Below, one piece after another: positions 17,655 through 28,266 of a stretch of 64,000 nucleotides of DNA; the first letter of the stretch is position 1; each line of letters begins with the position of its first letter. The DNA is from a virus, in the IMG/VR virus record IMGVR_UViG_3300018080_000002, positions 64,001 through 128,000 of that record; one strand, 5' to 3'. A program made the position numbers and the translations under genes. The notes below the pieces were generated by a model. The model saw only the letters and a program-made list of their open reading frames with translations, searched no databases and had not been told where the DNA came from.

Positions 17655-17862
17655 GGAGTACGAGATGCAAATTTTGATCAAAAAAGATGGTGTTCATCTG
17701 TATATCGAACATGCTGGAAACAACGTTATCAAGTTCACAGTCGGCAAGCTGGCAGACAAGGATTATGATGGAAAGCCGGATTTATATACGGTTGCTTTAA
17801 AGCAAGAGGAGTTGGAAAAGGCGGTTCGATTTGTGGTTGGAGAGGGGTCTTCAATTAGTTGA
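17644..17862 (+). CDS. Hypothetical protein
   Basis: GAGGAG SD suggests a start at MQILIKK (about 17665). Confidence 0.6.
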   Translation, partial: LFFEEYEMQILIKKDGVHLYIEHAGNNVIKFTVGKLADKDYDGKPDLYTVALKQEELEKAVRFVVGEGSSIS

Positions 17863-19880
17863 TGACGTTTTTGTTAATATGCTTGGTGAATTTTCATATG
17901 ATAAAACAAGAGGGTTTAAGACATCGTAGCTATTATACAGCGAAAGAATATCAGCTCTCATTAAAAGACGACCTTGAGACGTTGGATGATGATGAGATGG
18001 ATTTCGTCTTTCAGATGTTTGACGATAAGTTTGCTCAGGATATGGAGACGATTGAATATAAGACTATTCCTGTCGATATGGAAACGTTTTTGTTAGATCC
18101 GTATTATCTTGGCATTGTCGGGAAAACGTTGTTTCCGGCATGGTTGGACGATCTCATAGAGCTGTTTAGCGGGGAATATCACGAAGCTATTATTGGCGGT
18201 GCGATAGGTACTGGGAAATCTACATTTGCCCATGTGGCAGTTATCCGTATGCTGTACGAGGCTAGTTGTTTGGCCAATCCTCAAGCTTCGTATGGCATCA
18301 TGGATGGCACTCCTATATGCTTTGCGAATGTCGGTGTGAGTAAGACCAATGCTGAAAAGGTAGTCTATGAGGGCATTGCTAGTAAGCTGAGGCTATCCGA
18401 ATATTTCATGAACGTCTATCGTCCTGTGAATGCCTCCAAGAAAGAGATTTTATTTTTAGACAACATTCAGATTACGCCAGGTAGTTCTACAGAGTCAGGA
18501 ATTATCGGTATGAATATTTTTGGTGGAATCATGGATGAATCTAATTTTATGGATGATAGAGCTAAAAAAGGTACTAAGCAAAATATTGCATTAAACATGT
18601 ATGCTGCAATCCAAAGGCGTATGAAATCTCGATTTATGCAACAGGGCAAACTTCCAGGGATTTTGATGTTAATTTCGTCTAAACGAACACAAGATGATTT
18701 TACAGAGCAGCGGATTAGAGGAGCAATTGGCGATAAGCATGTGTTTGTGCGAGATTATTCCCAATGGGGGACGAGAAAACGATCGGTTTTTTCTCCAAGA
18801 TCATTCAAGGTATTGATAGGGAATGATAGGCTCCAGTCTAAAATTATAAAGGATGATAAAGAGATTGAGGAAATAAAATCCAAGTCTTATGATGATGAGG
18901 TTCATATAATTGATGTGCCTGAAGATTATAGGCTAGATTTTGAAAATGATTTAACTGGTGCGATTCGAGATATAGCAGGAATCTCAACAGAGGCTATTAG
19001 CAATTTTCTCCAAAATAGAGAAAAGATTTTTGAGATGATAAATAAAAGCAGATCTCATCCTTTTAGTGTCGAGTCGTTTGATATGAGTAAGCCGGGGGGT
19101 TTTCTTTGGGAAAAGCTTTGTCATAAGGTATATGACGAGAAAGATCCCAAGAAATTTGAATGGCGTCCTTGGTTGAATCCTCAAGCGGTTAGACATATCC
19201 ATATTGACCCTAGTTTGTCGACTGATTCCACTGGATTTGCTATGGGTCATATCTCTCATATGACTGAGGTGATCAGAAAGAGGCGTGATGAGGATGGTCG
19301 AGAGGTTATTTATAAGGAGGTTGCTCCATTTGTAGTCATTGATTTTGTTTTAGAGATAGTGCCTCCTCTGGGTGAGGAAATAATGCTAGGGAATGTGCGT
19401 CAGTTGGTCTATGATCTCTCGGCACATGGATTCCCGATTAGGTTGATAACGATGGACTCATTTCAATCTGCTGACTCTAAGCAGCAGTTTATGAATAAAG
19501 GTTATAGGGCTGAAATTTTGTCTTTAGATATAAGCCCTGAGCCATATCAAAATGTTAAACTTGCTATTTATGAAAATAGAGTTGACTGTTATTATTATAA
19601 GAAATTGATTGATGAGCTAAAGACATTAGAGAAAGATAATACGACCGGAAAAGTGGACCATATGGCAACTAAAAGCAAAGATGTTTCGGATGCTTTTGGT
19701 GGAGTTATCCATTCGTTGACGACGATGGTTAAGTATCCTGCGCCTCCGATGGAAAGGGGTATCAGTGAATCAACGGAGTCTGATGACGAAGGGGATCGAT
19801 GGATTTTACAAGGTAGACATGCCGAGTTTGACAAGGCTGGGAACAAGACTGAATTACCCCTACCGTTTTTAAAGGGATAG
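17859..19880 (+). CDS. terL: Terminase large subunit
   Basis: GGAIGTGKS Walker A, GGIMDE Walker B, LISS, HIDPSLSTDSTG nuclease, KVDH...SKDVSDA; start may be ATG 17898. Confidence 0.92.
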   Translation: MMTFLLICLVNFHMIKQEGLRHRSYYTAKEYQLSLKDDLETLDDDEMDFVFQMFDDKFAQDMETIEYKTIPVDMETFLLDPYYLGIVGKTLFPAWLDDLIELFSGEYHEAIIGGAIGTGKSTFAHVAVIRMLYEASCLANPQASYGIMDGTPICFANVGVSKTNAEKVVYEGIASKLRLSEYFMNVYRPVNASKKEILFLDNIQITPGSSTESGIIGMNIFGGIMDESNFMDDRAKKGTKQNIALNMYAAIQRRMKSRFMQQGKLPGILMLISSKRTQDDFTEQRIRGAIGDKHVFVRDYSQWGTRKRSVFSPRSFKVLIGNDRLQSKIIKDDKEIEEIKSKSYDDEVHIIDVPEDYRLDFENDLTGAIRDIAGISTEAISNFLQNREKIFEMINKSRSHPFSVESFDMSKPGGFLWEKLCHKVYDEKDPKKFEWRPWLNPQAVRHIHIDPSLSTDSTGFAMGHISHMTEVIRKRRDEDGREVIYKEVAPFVVIDFVLEIVPPLGEEIMLGNVRQLVYDLSAHGFPIRLITMDSFQSADSKQQFMNKGYRAEILSLDISPEPYQNVKLAIYENRVDCYYYKKLIDELKTLEKDNTTGKVDHMATKSKDVSDAFGGVIHSLTTMVKYPAPPMERGISESTESDDEGDRWILQGRHAEFDKAGNKTELPLPFLKG

Positions 19881-19983
19881 TTATTTGATTTCATTGTGTG
19901 TTATGATTTGTTATTGATAATCAATTGTCTGCTTTTCATTTTTCCGTAATCGAAAATTTGTTGATGAACATATATTAGTAGGA

Positions 19984-22932
19984 ATGGCGATGGCTAAAGA
20001 TAATGGTTTGCTAAACTTTTTACGGCATGTATTTGTCGATGAGTATAATATTCCTTCCGAATTGTCTCCTAACACCAGACAGGTGATGATGCCTGGGACT
20101 GGTCATAGCAGTTATTTTCAGAATATCGATACAAATTTTGGGTTAACAAGTTCTTGGCTGAAGGATTATCTCACCATAGAAAACGATCTGATTTCCAGAT
20201 ACGTTGACTATGAGGATATGGATGACTTGCCAGAGCTTTCTGCATCTTTAGATATATATTCGGACGATGCAACACAGCCAGACGGTATTACGGGAAAGAC
20301 TGTTAGGGTTGATTGCCAGGACCAAACCATATGTCAGATTCTTGAAGATCTTTACGAAAAGAATTTAAGGATTGACGAAGAGGTTTGGGAAATGGCTCGA
20401 ACCTTATGTAAGTACGGCAATGACTTTGAGGAAATTGTTATCAAGGATGGTGAGGGTGTTATAGACCTCAACTTTTTACCTCCACCGACAGTGAGGCGCA
20501 TAGAGGATACTGAAGGATCTTTGCTAGGATTTGTTCAGGATTACACGGCGAATTTTAAGATCACGACAGAGGAATTTCTGGAGCGTATTAAGAATCGGGA
20601 AGAGGAAGAGAAATATGTAGAGGAGCAGATGGAAAGAGGCTCTTTACCAGTCAAGAGTTTCGAGAACTGGGAAGTGGTACACATGCGTCTACGATCCAAG
20701 CAAAGACGATCTATGTATGGCTATGGGGTGTTGGATTCTGTTAGATGGATCGTAAAACGGTTGATGCTGATCGAAGACAGTATGCTCGTATATCGTCTAT
20801 GTTTACATGGTGATAGTAACGTTTGGACGGATAATGGGTATAAAAAAATTAAGGATATTGTAAAAGATGATGTTGTTTATTGTTATAACAATAAGGGTAT
20901 TTTAAACAAAACTAAGGTTGTTTATAAAAAACATAATGGTAAGGATACTATCTATAAAGTATCAAGTAGGCGAAGGCAGATTTTTGCCAATAAAACGCAT
21001 CCTATTTTAGTGGAGTCGGTTGAGCATAATGGCAGTGGGAATAGGAATACAATTAAACTTGAGTATGTAGAGGTTCAGAATATTGAGCCTAATATGTATA
21101 AGTTTATCATGCCGAAAGTAGAGTCAGGTGAAGATATAATATTGAATTTTCCTGATGTTTCTAAGAGAGCTTTTATCAAGTCTGATTTCTTAGGGAAAAT
21201 AGAATTAAAAAAAGGTCCACGTTTTTTAATGGAAAAATGCGGAGTTAATAGTCAGAAAATCAAACCATTCCTTAATGGTGATATTTCTCTTACAGAACGA
21301 GCAGCACTCTCATTAATGTCAGAAAATGGCTATGATGAGAGTGTTTTGGATATATACGATGATTGGGGAAGTATTGATGTTTCTGGTTTACCGAAAACTG
21401 TGGATGAAGATTTTTCCAGATGGTTTGGATTTATGATAGGTGATGGGTTTTTATCCGATCATACTCATAAAAGTGGATATATTGCTAGAAATACTGTCGG
21501 TTTTGCCTGTGGGAATAAGTTTGAAGTGAATAATAAGTATAAGGACTTATTTAAAAAGTATGTAGGCAATGTAAAAGAAAATTTTAAAGGTGATAGGCTG
21601 AATAGTTATTGTATTTGTTCGAGACAATTTTATGAGTTTATGATTTTGAATGGGTATATAAAGGGTGCTCATAATAAAAGAATACCTGAGTGGGTTTTTA
21701 GGAGTGAACTAAAAATTAGAAAGGCTTTTATTTTTGGTCTTATTGATGCTGATGGGATGGTTAGAGATAATGGAAAAGATGTTTCTATTGAGATGTGTAA
21801 TAAAGATCTAGTAAATGATCTTAGAATTTTGTGCATGCAATCTGGTTACAGTGTAGGAAAAGAGATCAAGAGACGAGAAAGGTCTGGTGGTCATATAATA
21901 GAAGGCGATCATCGTGCTCCTGAGACTGTATCATATTGTTTGAATTTTAGTTTCAATGAATCTGAGGATAGAGAAAACATTTTAAATGTAGAGATTGTGG
22001 GCATAGACGATATTTATGATATTGGAGTGGAGGCTGAAGAACATAATTTTGTTTCCGATGGTGTTGTCGTACATAATACTAGAGCACCAGAGCGTTTGGC
22101 TTTTTACGTAGATGTTGGTGACATTCCTCCAAACGAAGCTTTAGGGTACGTCAAAAAGGTCAAGAACGAGTATAAAAAGAAAAAGTGGGTTGATCCTAAT
22201 ACGGGAAAACTCGATATGTCTTACAATCCTTTGAGCGCGGATGAAGATTTTTTTGTCCCAGTAAGAGGGGATAAGAGGTCGGCCAGCATTGAGAGTATAG
22301 GTGGAGCGAACTACCAGCCGACAGACGATGTTAATTACTTCAAAGATAAGTTATATTCAGGACTTAAGATTCCAAGAGACTTTTTAAACTATACTGAGGG
22401 TGGAGCTTCCAAGGCAAACTTATCCACAGAGGATATGCGGTTTGCCCGATCTATTCTTCGCATCCAGCGAGAGATCAGAAACGGTTTGAAAAAGGTTGGC
22501 AGGGTGCATTTGGCATCATTCGGCATACAGCCAGATATTGTCGAGTGGGAAGTTATGCTCAATCCTCCATCGAGTATATTTGAGTTAGCTCAGATGGAGG
22601 TAAGGAATGCTCAGTTGGACCTAGCAGATAGATATAGGGCTTTTGCCAGCCAGTATTGGATTATGCGCGAAATACTGCATATGACGGATGAGGAGATTGA
22701 ATCTATCAATACTGAGCGTAAAAAGGAAACCTTGGATAAAACCAGTTATCCTGAGTTTGAGGCTAGGGATTATCCCAGAAATTTCTTCAATGGAAATCGA
22801 GAGGCTGAAAAAATTCTTTCTGAGAATTGGGAAAAAATGATGACGCAGAGTCCATATCTCAAAAAGAGATTTGATGAATTACGAGGATTGATTTCTGATA
22901 TGAGAATCCATTTACAGAAACGGAGAAAATAA
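19984..22932 (+). CDS. Portal protein (T4 gp20-like) containing an intein
   Basis: LMLIEDSMLVYRL|TRAPER.AFYVDVG...EDFFVPVRG...LKIP. Confidence 0.93.
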   Translation: MAMAKDNGLLNFLRHVFVDEYNIPSELSPNTRQVMMPGTGHSSYFQNIDTNFGLTSSWLKDYLTIENDLISRYVDYEDMDDLPELSASLDIYSDDATQPDGITGKTVRVDCQDQTICQILEDLYEKNLRIDEEVWEMARTLCKYGNDFEEIVIKDGEGVIDLNFLPPPTVRRIEDTEGSLLGFVQDYTANFKITTEEFLERIKNREEEEKYVEEQMERGSLPVKSFENWEVVHMRLRSKQRRSMYGYGVLDSVRWIVKRLMLIEDSMLVYRLCLHGDSNVWTDNGYKKIKDIVKDDVVYCYNNKGILNKTKVVYKKHNGKDTIYKVSSRRRQIFANKTHPILVESVEHNGSGNRNTIKLEYVEVQNIEPNMYKFIMPKVESGEDIILNFPDVSKRAFIKSDFLGKIELKKGPRFLMEKCGVNSQKIKPFLNGDISLTERAALSLMSENGYDESVLDIYDDWGSIDVSGLPKTVDEDFSRWFGFMIGDGFLSDHTHKSGYIARNTVGFACGNKFEVNNKYKDLFKKYVGNVKENFKGDRLNSYCICSRQFYEFMILNGYIKGAHNKRIPEWVFRSELKIRKAFIFGLIDADGMVRDNGKDVSIEMCNKDLVNDLRILCMQSGYSVGKEIKRRERSGGHIIEGDHRAPETVSYCLNFSFNESEDRENILNVEIVGIDDIYDIGVEAEEHNFVSDGVVVHNTRAPERLAFYVDVGDIPPNEALGYVKKVKNEYKKKKWVDPNTGKLDMSYNPLSADEDFFVPVRGDKRSASIESIGGANYQPTDDVNYFKDKLYSGLKIPRDFLNYTEGGASKANLSTEDMRFARSILRIQREIRNGLKKVGRVHLASFGIQPDIVEWEVMLNPPSSIFELAQMEVRNAQLDLADRYRAFASQYWIMREILHMTDEEIESINTERKKETLDKTSYPEFEARDYPRNFFNGNREAEKILSENWEKMMTQSPYLKKRFDELRGLISDMRIHLQKRRK
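20800..22077 (+). mobile_element. Intein with LAGLIDADG homing endonuclease (426 aa)
   Basis: CLHGDS N-terminus, HPIL block B, FGFMIGDG and FGLIDADG motifs, VVHN|T C-terminus. Confidence 0.95.
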
Positions 22933-23430
22933 ATGGGAAAGAAAAAAGCAGGCGTTAAGATTGAGTCAGATATGAGTAACGAAAACGAAAAGTCATTTAT
23001 TAAATCGTATGAGGTTGTAGGCGCAGAGAGACCTTTCATTCAAACCGATGTGGTTGAGGCTTTGATGAAAGGCTCTTACGAGGATAAGGTTCGTAAGGTG
23101 TCTAGTCTTGTCGGAGAGAATAGGAAATTGTTTCTTAGTCATGATGTAGATGATATCAGTGTAAGTCCGGTCGCTACTTTCGATAGTCATGTGATTGTGG
23201 CAACGGATGAGGGCAAGCTGTTTAAATCAGAGATTGCAATGAATGAGGATGATGGTTCATACTCATTAGGTAATGTCGAAGAAATGGAGATTCCTTCAGT
23301 AGATGCTCAACATCTTAAAGACTTTAGAGAAAGCAAGTTATCTGAAATGATAGATGATTTTTGCCGAAACAAAGTTTTTGATCGTAGCAGAATGAAGGAC
23401 TTAGTTTCTTTGAATAGCTTGATCGGGTAA
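22933..23430 (+). CDS. Hypothetical head-region protein
   Basis: Directly follows the portal gene. Confidence 0.75.
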   Translation: MGKKKAGVKIESDMSNENEKSFIKSYEVVGAERPFIQTDVVEALMKGSYEDKVRKVSSLVGENRKLFLSHDVDDISVSPVATFDSHVIVATDEGKLFKSEIAMNEDDGSYSLGNVEEMEIPSVDAQHLKDFRESKLSEMIDDFCRNKVFDRSRMKDLVSLNSLIG

Positions 23431-23459
23431 GGCTGAACGTTCCAATGTACTCGTAAGGA

Positions 23460-23487
23460 TTGATGTTGACAAGCAAAATGATATAAT
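23460..23487 (+). promoter_or_regulatory. Sigma70-like promoter for the head operon
   Basis: TTGATG-16 bp-TATAAT with extended TG. Confidence 0.5.
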
Positions 23488-23663
23488 GGACTATATCGAA
23501 CTATATTCATTGATTTTTGCTAGTTAGGTAGATTTGAAAAAAGATACCATATTGATCTTGTAAAGTCCGGTTAACACAGAATTAAGAATAATTTTTTTTC
23601 TGTTAAACGATTTAGGGGTTTTATTGCATACCAATCAGCTCATCGAACAGAGGGGGCTTATAA

Positions 23664-25046
23664 ATGTTCAAAAAGAAAATTAATTCATTGAAGGAAGATT
23701 TTCAGACGTTAGGACTTATTAGAGAGGAGACCAGAACGTCTGATGGTCAGGAGGATCTCACCGAAGCGAAGGTGGTGAAGAAAAAAACGGGTGCGAAAGC
23801 CAAGCAGGCTGCACGTAAAAGAAAGATCGAGTATCGTAAGAAAAAGTCAGAGATCAAGAGGAAAGCCAAAAAGTATCGCCAGAGTGCGAAGGGCAAAAAG
23901 ACTATCGCAAAGCATGAAAAGGTAGTCAAACGAATGGGTGGAACGAAAAAAGGAAAATACATTCGTACATCCAGCATTGAGAGAAATGCGAATATTATCG
24001 AAGAAATTTCAAGATTGAATAAAGCTCTGTTAGGGGAATCTAGGCCAGAGCTTTTTTCTGAGCAGGAGTTAAAAGAACTGCGTAAGTCTATTAAGAATAC
24101 TCATCATCTAGCGGCTGTCTTAGCTAAGAGATTGGCTGAGTACATTGAGCAATGCGGTGAAGATATCCCTCATGATATTCTTACAAAGCATTTCAAAGAG
24201 GCTGCTCCATCGATCAATCCGAAAGCACCAAGCCGAAAAAATCCAGGCATTAACCCTGACAAAGATTTAAGTAAAAATCGTGTAGGGGAAGATCAGCCAA
24301 CAGACATGGAAGATGAGCATGGCATCAGTGATCCTAAGTCTGAAGCGGAGAAAAATGTTCAGAAAGAAAACATGGATGGCGAAACTCCAGATGATTTAGA
24401 CGATGATGAAATGGATTACATCGGTGATGAGGATGCCGATGGTGACGTTGATGATCTCGATGATGTCGACAATGAGTATGATGAAGAAAACGATCAGGGT
24501 GAAGATGGAACAGATGGTCCTGATAATGATAGCGGTGATCCTGAGCATGATTACATCGGCGATGACGACAAAGACGGTTATCAGGATGATGTCGATGAGC
24601 CTAGTCATGTAGGCGAAGATGATGATGAGGATGATTTATCTCTTGATATTGATGGAGATGGAGATGCCGATTTAGACATAGACATCGATGATGACGACGA
24701 TGACCTGGGTGCTGTGGATGACGATGACGACGACGATTTTGACGATGATGATGTTTCTGATGATTTTGACGATGATGATGATGATGATGATGAGTATGAC
24801 GAGGATGTCATGCCTACAGTGAAGGATTTCTTGGAAGAGGTTCAGGATATCAGTGGGAAGTCAAGTAAGCTGCTTAGTAAGCTTGATGATAAGACGATTA
24901 GCCCAGGATTAGCCAAAGATGTTTTAACTTCATTGGTCAATTATCTTGGTGGTGCGATGGAGCTATATACAGATTTGAATAAGTATGCAGCCAAGCCAGA
25001 TTATGAAAACAAAAATCTGACTGGTATGCCATCCAAGGTAAAATAA
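23664..25046 (+). CDS. Prohead core-like protein (basic N-terminus, poly-Asp region)
   Basis: Between portal and protease; LTE site followed by a K/R-rich block; D-rich block. Confidence 0.65.
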   Translation: MFKKKINSLKEDFQTLGLIREETRTSDGQEDLTEAKVVKKKTGAKAKQAARKRKIEYRKKKSEIKRKAKKYRQSAKGKKTIAKHEKVVKRMGGTKKGKYIRTSSIERNANIIEEISRLNKALLGESRPELFSEQELKELRKSIKNTHHLAAVLAKRLAEYIEQCGEDIPHDILTKHFKEAAPSINPKAPSRKNPGINPDKDLSKNRVGEDQPTDMEDEHGISDPKSEAEKNVQKENMDGETPDDLDDDEMDYIGDEDADGDVDDLDDVDNEYDEENDQGEDGTDGPDNDSGDPEHDYIGDDDKDGYQDDVDEPSHVGEDDDEDDLSLDIDGDGDADLDIDIDDDDDDLGAVDDDDDDDFDDDDVSDDFDDDDDDDDEYDEDVMPTVKDFLEEVQDISGKSSKLLSKLDDKTISPGLAKDVLTSLVNYLGGAMELYTDLNKYAAKPDYENKNLTGMPSKVK

Positions 25047-25070
25047 TAGATTTTGTGTAGAGGTATTGAT

Positions 25071-26651
25071 ATGGCGAAAGAACTACTTCAGGATTCAGTG
25101 CCGTTTAAGCTCGTTTTGGAAGAGAGTGAGAATGGCAGATTGGTAGCTAAAGGTCAGTTTGGTGCCGTTGATATCCCTACTGCTAATAAAAGAATGTATC
25201 CCCGCAGAATCATAGAGCGTGAATTATCCCGTCTAATGAAGGATGCAAAGGAACGCCGATTATATGGCGAGCTAGACCATCCTGGAGACGGGAAAACCAA
25301 ATTATCTCGCTCCAGTCATTTGATTACCAATCTTTCTTTGCAGGAGGATGGATCAGTTGTCGGTATGGCTGAAATCCTTAGTACCAGGAATGGGAAGGAG
25401 CTACAGGCTATTAGAAATGATGGCGGTCAAGTGGGGATTAGTAGTAGAGGATTTGGTTCGGTTAAAACCAACAATGAAGGTATCGATGTTGTTCAGGATG
25501 ACTTTACTCTCATGACATATGATTTCGTTGCAGATCCCGCTGCTGGCGGTAGCTACCCTGAATTTTCAAATGCTAATAGTGAGGATAGCGAAATGGCGAA
25601 AAAGAAATCTGATGAGAATAAAGATGCGAAGGAAAAAGAGATCCTGACATCTGAGAAAAAACCTGACGAAACTAAGCCAAAGGTTGATGAGGCTGTAATA
25701 TCCAAAGAGCCGGAAGAGAAAGTTGAGCATGAAAAAGAGATTGCTACGCTAAAGGCTAGTTTCAAAAAACAATTGAGTGAAGCTATAAAAGACGTGACTG
25801 AGAAAGTCAGATCCGAGGTTCGTAGTGAACTCCTTTCTGATCCAAAGGTTGCAGGAGCGATGACAGCGATTGAGTCTGTTAAATCGACCTTAAGACCTTA
25901 TATATTAGAGGCGGATGTTAACAAAGAGCTGGAGGTTCGTGAGAGCCGCATTAATGATCTTACATCTCAGGTGGATTCAATTCTCGAAGAGAAAAAATCT
26001 CTTGAATCTAAAATCGAAGAGTTTACTTCAGCGACTAAGGAGCTTGGTTTTAAGTTATTCTTAGAACGAGCGGTTAAGGGTCATCAAGAGTATGACTCTA
26101 TTATTGAAAAAGTTGGTGATGTAAATAGCTTCGCATCCCTTGAGGCTCTAGGTCATAGGGTTAATTTGATTATCTCTGAATACGATGACGTTAAAGAGGT
26201 TGTCAAAGATATCAAGACTGAGAGTGATGGTAGGGTGAAAGCTCTTGAGGGCAAGGTGAAAACCCTTGAGGAACAATTAAGCAAATCTCTTGAGGTTAGC
26301 AGAAACTTTGGTGTTCAGGCTTATCTTAGAGAGCGAGTTGTCAATCATCCAAGAGCTAAAGAAATTCTTTCGGAAGCTAAATTTCAAAAGCTTGAATCGA
26401 AAGAAAATGTTGACGAGTTTATTGCGTCCTATCGAGTGGTCAAGCGTAATGTAAACGAAGATTACCGTTCACGCATTAGGCGGTTTGTCAACAAAGACTC
26501 CTTAGTGGAAGATAGCATTAAGGGGACAAGGGTAGTTGATAGGAAGCAAAAGATAGAGGAGACCTCAGTAAATGAGGCTACTAATCCGCTATCAGGCGTT
26601 CCTGGCGTGACATTGGAAGATGTCGAGAGACTATCTGGAGTACGTAAATAG
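25071..26651 (+). CDS. Prohead protease (gp21-like) fused to scaffold-like coiled coil
   Basis: NKRMYP, GELDHP, SSHLI, GISSRGFGS, YDFVADP. Confidence 0.92.
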   Translation: MAKELLQDSVPFKLVLEESENGRLVAKGQFGAVDIPTANKRMYPRRIIERELSRLMKDAKERRLYGELDHPGDGKTKLSRSSHLITNLSLQEDGSVVGMAEILSTRNGKELQAIRNDGGQVGISSRGFGSVKTNNEGIDVVQDDFTLMTYDFVADPAAGGSYPEFSNANSEDSEMAKKKSDENKDAKEKEILTSEKKPDETKPKVDEAVISKEPEEKVEHEKEIATLKASFKKQLSEAIKDVTEKVRSEVRSELLSDPKVAGAMTAIESVKSTLRPYILEADVNKELEVRESRINDLTSQVDSILEEKKSLESKIEEFTSATKELGFKLFLERAVKGHQEYDSIIEKVGDVNSFASLEALGHRVNLIISEYDDVKEVVKDIKTESDGRVKALEGKVKTLEEQLSKSLEVSRNFGVQAYLRERVVNHPRAKEILSEAKFQKLESKENVDEFIASYRVVKRNVNEDYRSRIRRFVNKDSLVEDSIKGTRVVDRKQKIEETSVNEATNPLSGVPGVTLEDVERLSGVRK

Positions 26652-26720
26652 TATTGTCGTTTTGTCGTTGTTCGTAAGCAAGTAGGATTTTTTTTAGATT
26701 TTTTTTCTTGGAGATAAGAA

Positions 26721-28178
26721 ATGGACGAAATGAGAAAAATGCTTACCGAGCAGCAGAATAAAGCTTCGGAAAGTTATGTTGGTCAGTTACTCGAAAAGTG
26801 GAACCCGCTCCTAAAAGGTGTCAGGTCTGATTACACCAGGGGAACGATGGCTGTTCTTTTTGAGAACCAAGCAAACTATTTAAAAGATTTAACCGAAGAA
26901 ACTCGTACAACCAATGTTGGTGAGTATCTTAAGTATGTATTTCCGATTCTTCGTCGCGTATGGCCGAACCTTATTGCAAACGAAATCGTTTCAGTTCAGC
27001 CCATGACAGCTCCTATTGGCGGTATCTTTTACTTTGAAGTAAAGTATGCCAATACCAAAGGGACCGTGACTGCTGGTGATAATTTCATCCAGAATTTCAA
27101 CCGATATTACAGTTCCGAAACTATCGATAAGGAAGTTATCGGTACGGCTACGGGATCTGGTGCCAGTTTTACCTCCACTCTGGACTATACGCCAATCAGA
27201 AATGGCTCAGTCCACAGTGATGCCTTGTTAACCGTTTGGACAACCGCATCTGGTGTTGATACCCAAGTTGGTGTCGATGACGGATCTGCTGGTGGTCTTA
27301 TCACTGAGTATGCAAGCTCTGGTGTTAGCGGTACGGTCAATTACACGACTGGCGTTATCGAAGTTACTTTCCCAAGTAATCCCGACGCGGATACATCGAT
27401 TTGGGTTAAGTATGACTATGATATGGAATGCAATGAGACTATTCCTCAAGCCAATCTCGATATCGAATTGGTCGAAATTCGAGCCAGAACTCGTAAGATG
27501 AAGGCTCTTTGGTGCTCCGAAGCTGCCGACGATCTTAAAGCGTTTCATGGAATCGATGCTGAAGCGGAATTGGTTGCTGCTCTTGCAGCCGAGATTTCTC
27601 TTGAAATTGACCGTGAGATGATCATGGATCTCTACAATGGCGCGACTGGTGGAACCGAAACTTGGGATTATGCTGGTGCCGCTGCTGGTGTTAGTGAGAT
27701 TGATTGGATCAGAACAATCGTTACGGTCTTAAGCCGACTATCCAACAAAATCTACAAGCAATCGTTACGTGGAGCTGCTAACTTCATCGTTACATCTCCT
27801 GACGTTGCTTCGGTTTTTGAGCAATTGGGTACTCATGGTGATTTCCGATCTATTTTTGCTCCTGCCAATGCAGAGACATTTGTAGCTCCTGAGTCGCCAC
27901 AGACCTTCGGTGTTCAGAAAATTGGTACGCTCCATCAGAAATGGATCGTTTACAAAGATCCATATTTCCCAAGCAACAAAATCCTCCTTGGATACAAAGG
28001 CTCTAGTTTCTTAGATGCTGGCTTTGTTTGGGCACCGTATGTACCGCTACAAATGACTGCTACTTTCTTAGATCCGCAAGATTTCTCATTCAGAAAAGGG
28101 ATGAGAACACGCTATGCTAAGAAAATGGTCCGTAGCGAATTTTACGGAGTTGTTACCGTAAATAATCTGCCTGCTTAA
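26721..28178 (+). CDS. Major capsid protein (T4 gp23-like)
   Basis: LFENQ, ILRRVWP.LIA.EIVSVQPM, RKMKA.W, EISLEIDRE, APYVPL, GMRTRY. Confidence 0.96.
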   Translation: MDEMRKMLTEQQNKASESYVGQLLEKWNPLLKGVRSDYTRGTMAVLFENQANYLKDLTEETRTTNVGEYLKYVFPILRRVWPNLIANEIVSVQPMTAPIGGIFYFEVKYANTKGTVTAGDNFIQNFNRYYSSETIDKEVIGTATGSGASFTSTLDYTPIRNGSVHSDALLTVWTTASGVDTQVGVDDGSAGGLITEYASSGVSGTVNYTTGVIEVTFPSNPDADTSIWVKYDYDMECNETIPQANLDIELVEIRARTRKMKALWCSEAADDLKAFHGIDAEAELVAALAAEISLEIDREMIMDLYNGATGGTETWDYAGAAAGVSEIDWIRTIVTVLSRLSNKIYKQSLRGAANFIVTSPDVASVFEQLGTHGDFRSIFAPANAETFVAPESPQTFGVQKIGTLHQKWIVYKDPYFPSNKILLGYKGSSFLDAGFVWAPYVPLQMTATFLDPQDFSFRKGMRTRYAKKMVRSEFYGVVTVNNLPA

Positions 28179-28219
28179 TATCAGGTAGATCGACTAATTC
28201 AGCGATAAAAGTTCTACGA

Positions 28220-28256
28220 GGCTAGGTTAGGGTTTCCTTAGCCTAGCCGTTTTTTT
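28220..28256 (+). terminator. Rho-independent terminator after MCP
   Basis: GGCTAGGTTAGGG-TTT-CCTTAGCCTAGCC-G-T7. Confidence 0.9.
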
Positions 28257-28266
28257 GGAGTCGTTT

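Noticed and set aside
23466-23487. TTGACA...TATAAT as a consensus promoter pair
   Set aside because: The spacer is only 10 bp; the upstream TTGATG with an extended -10 is the plausible reading.
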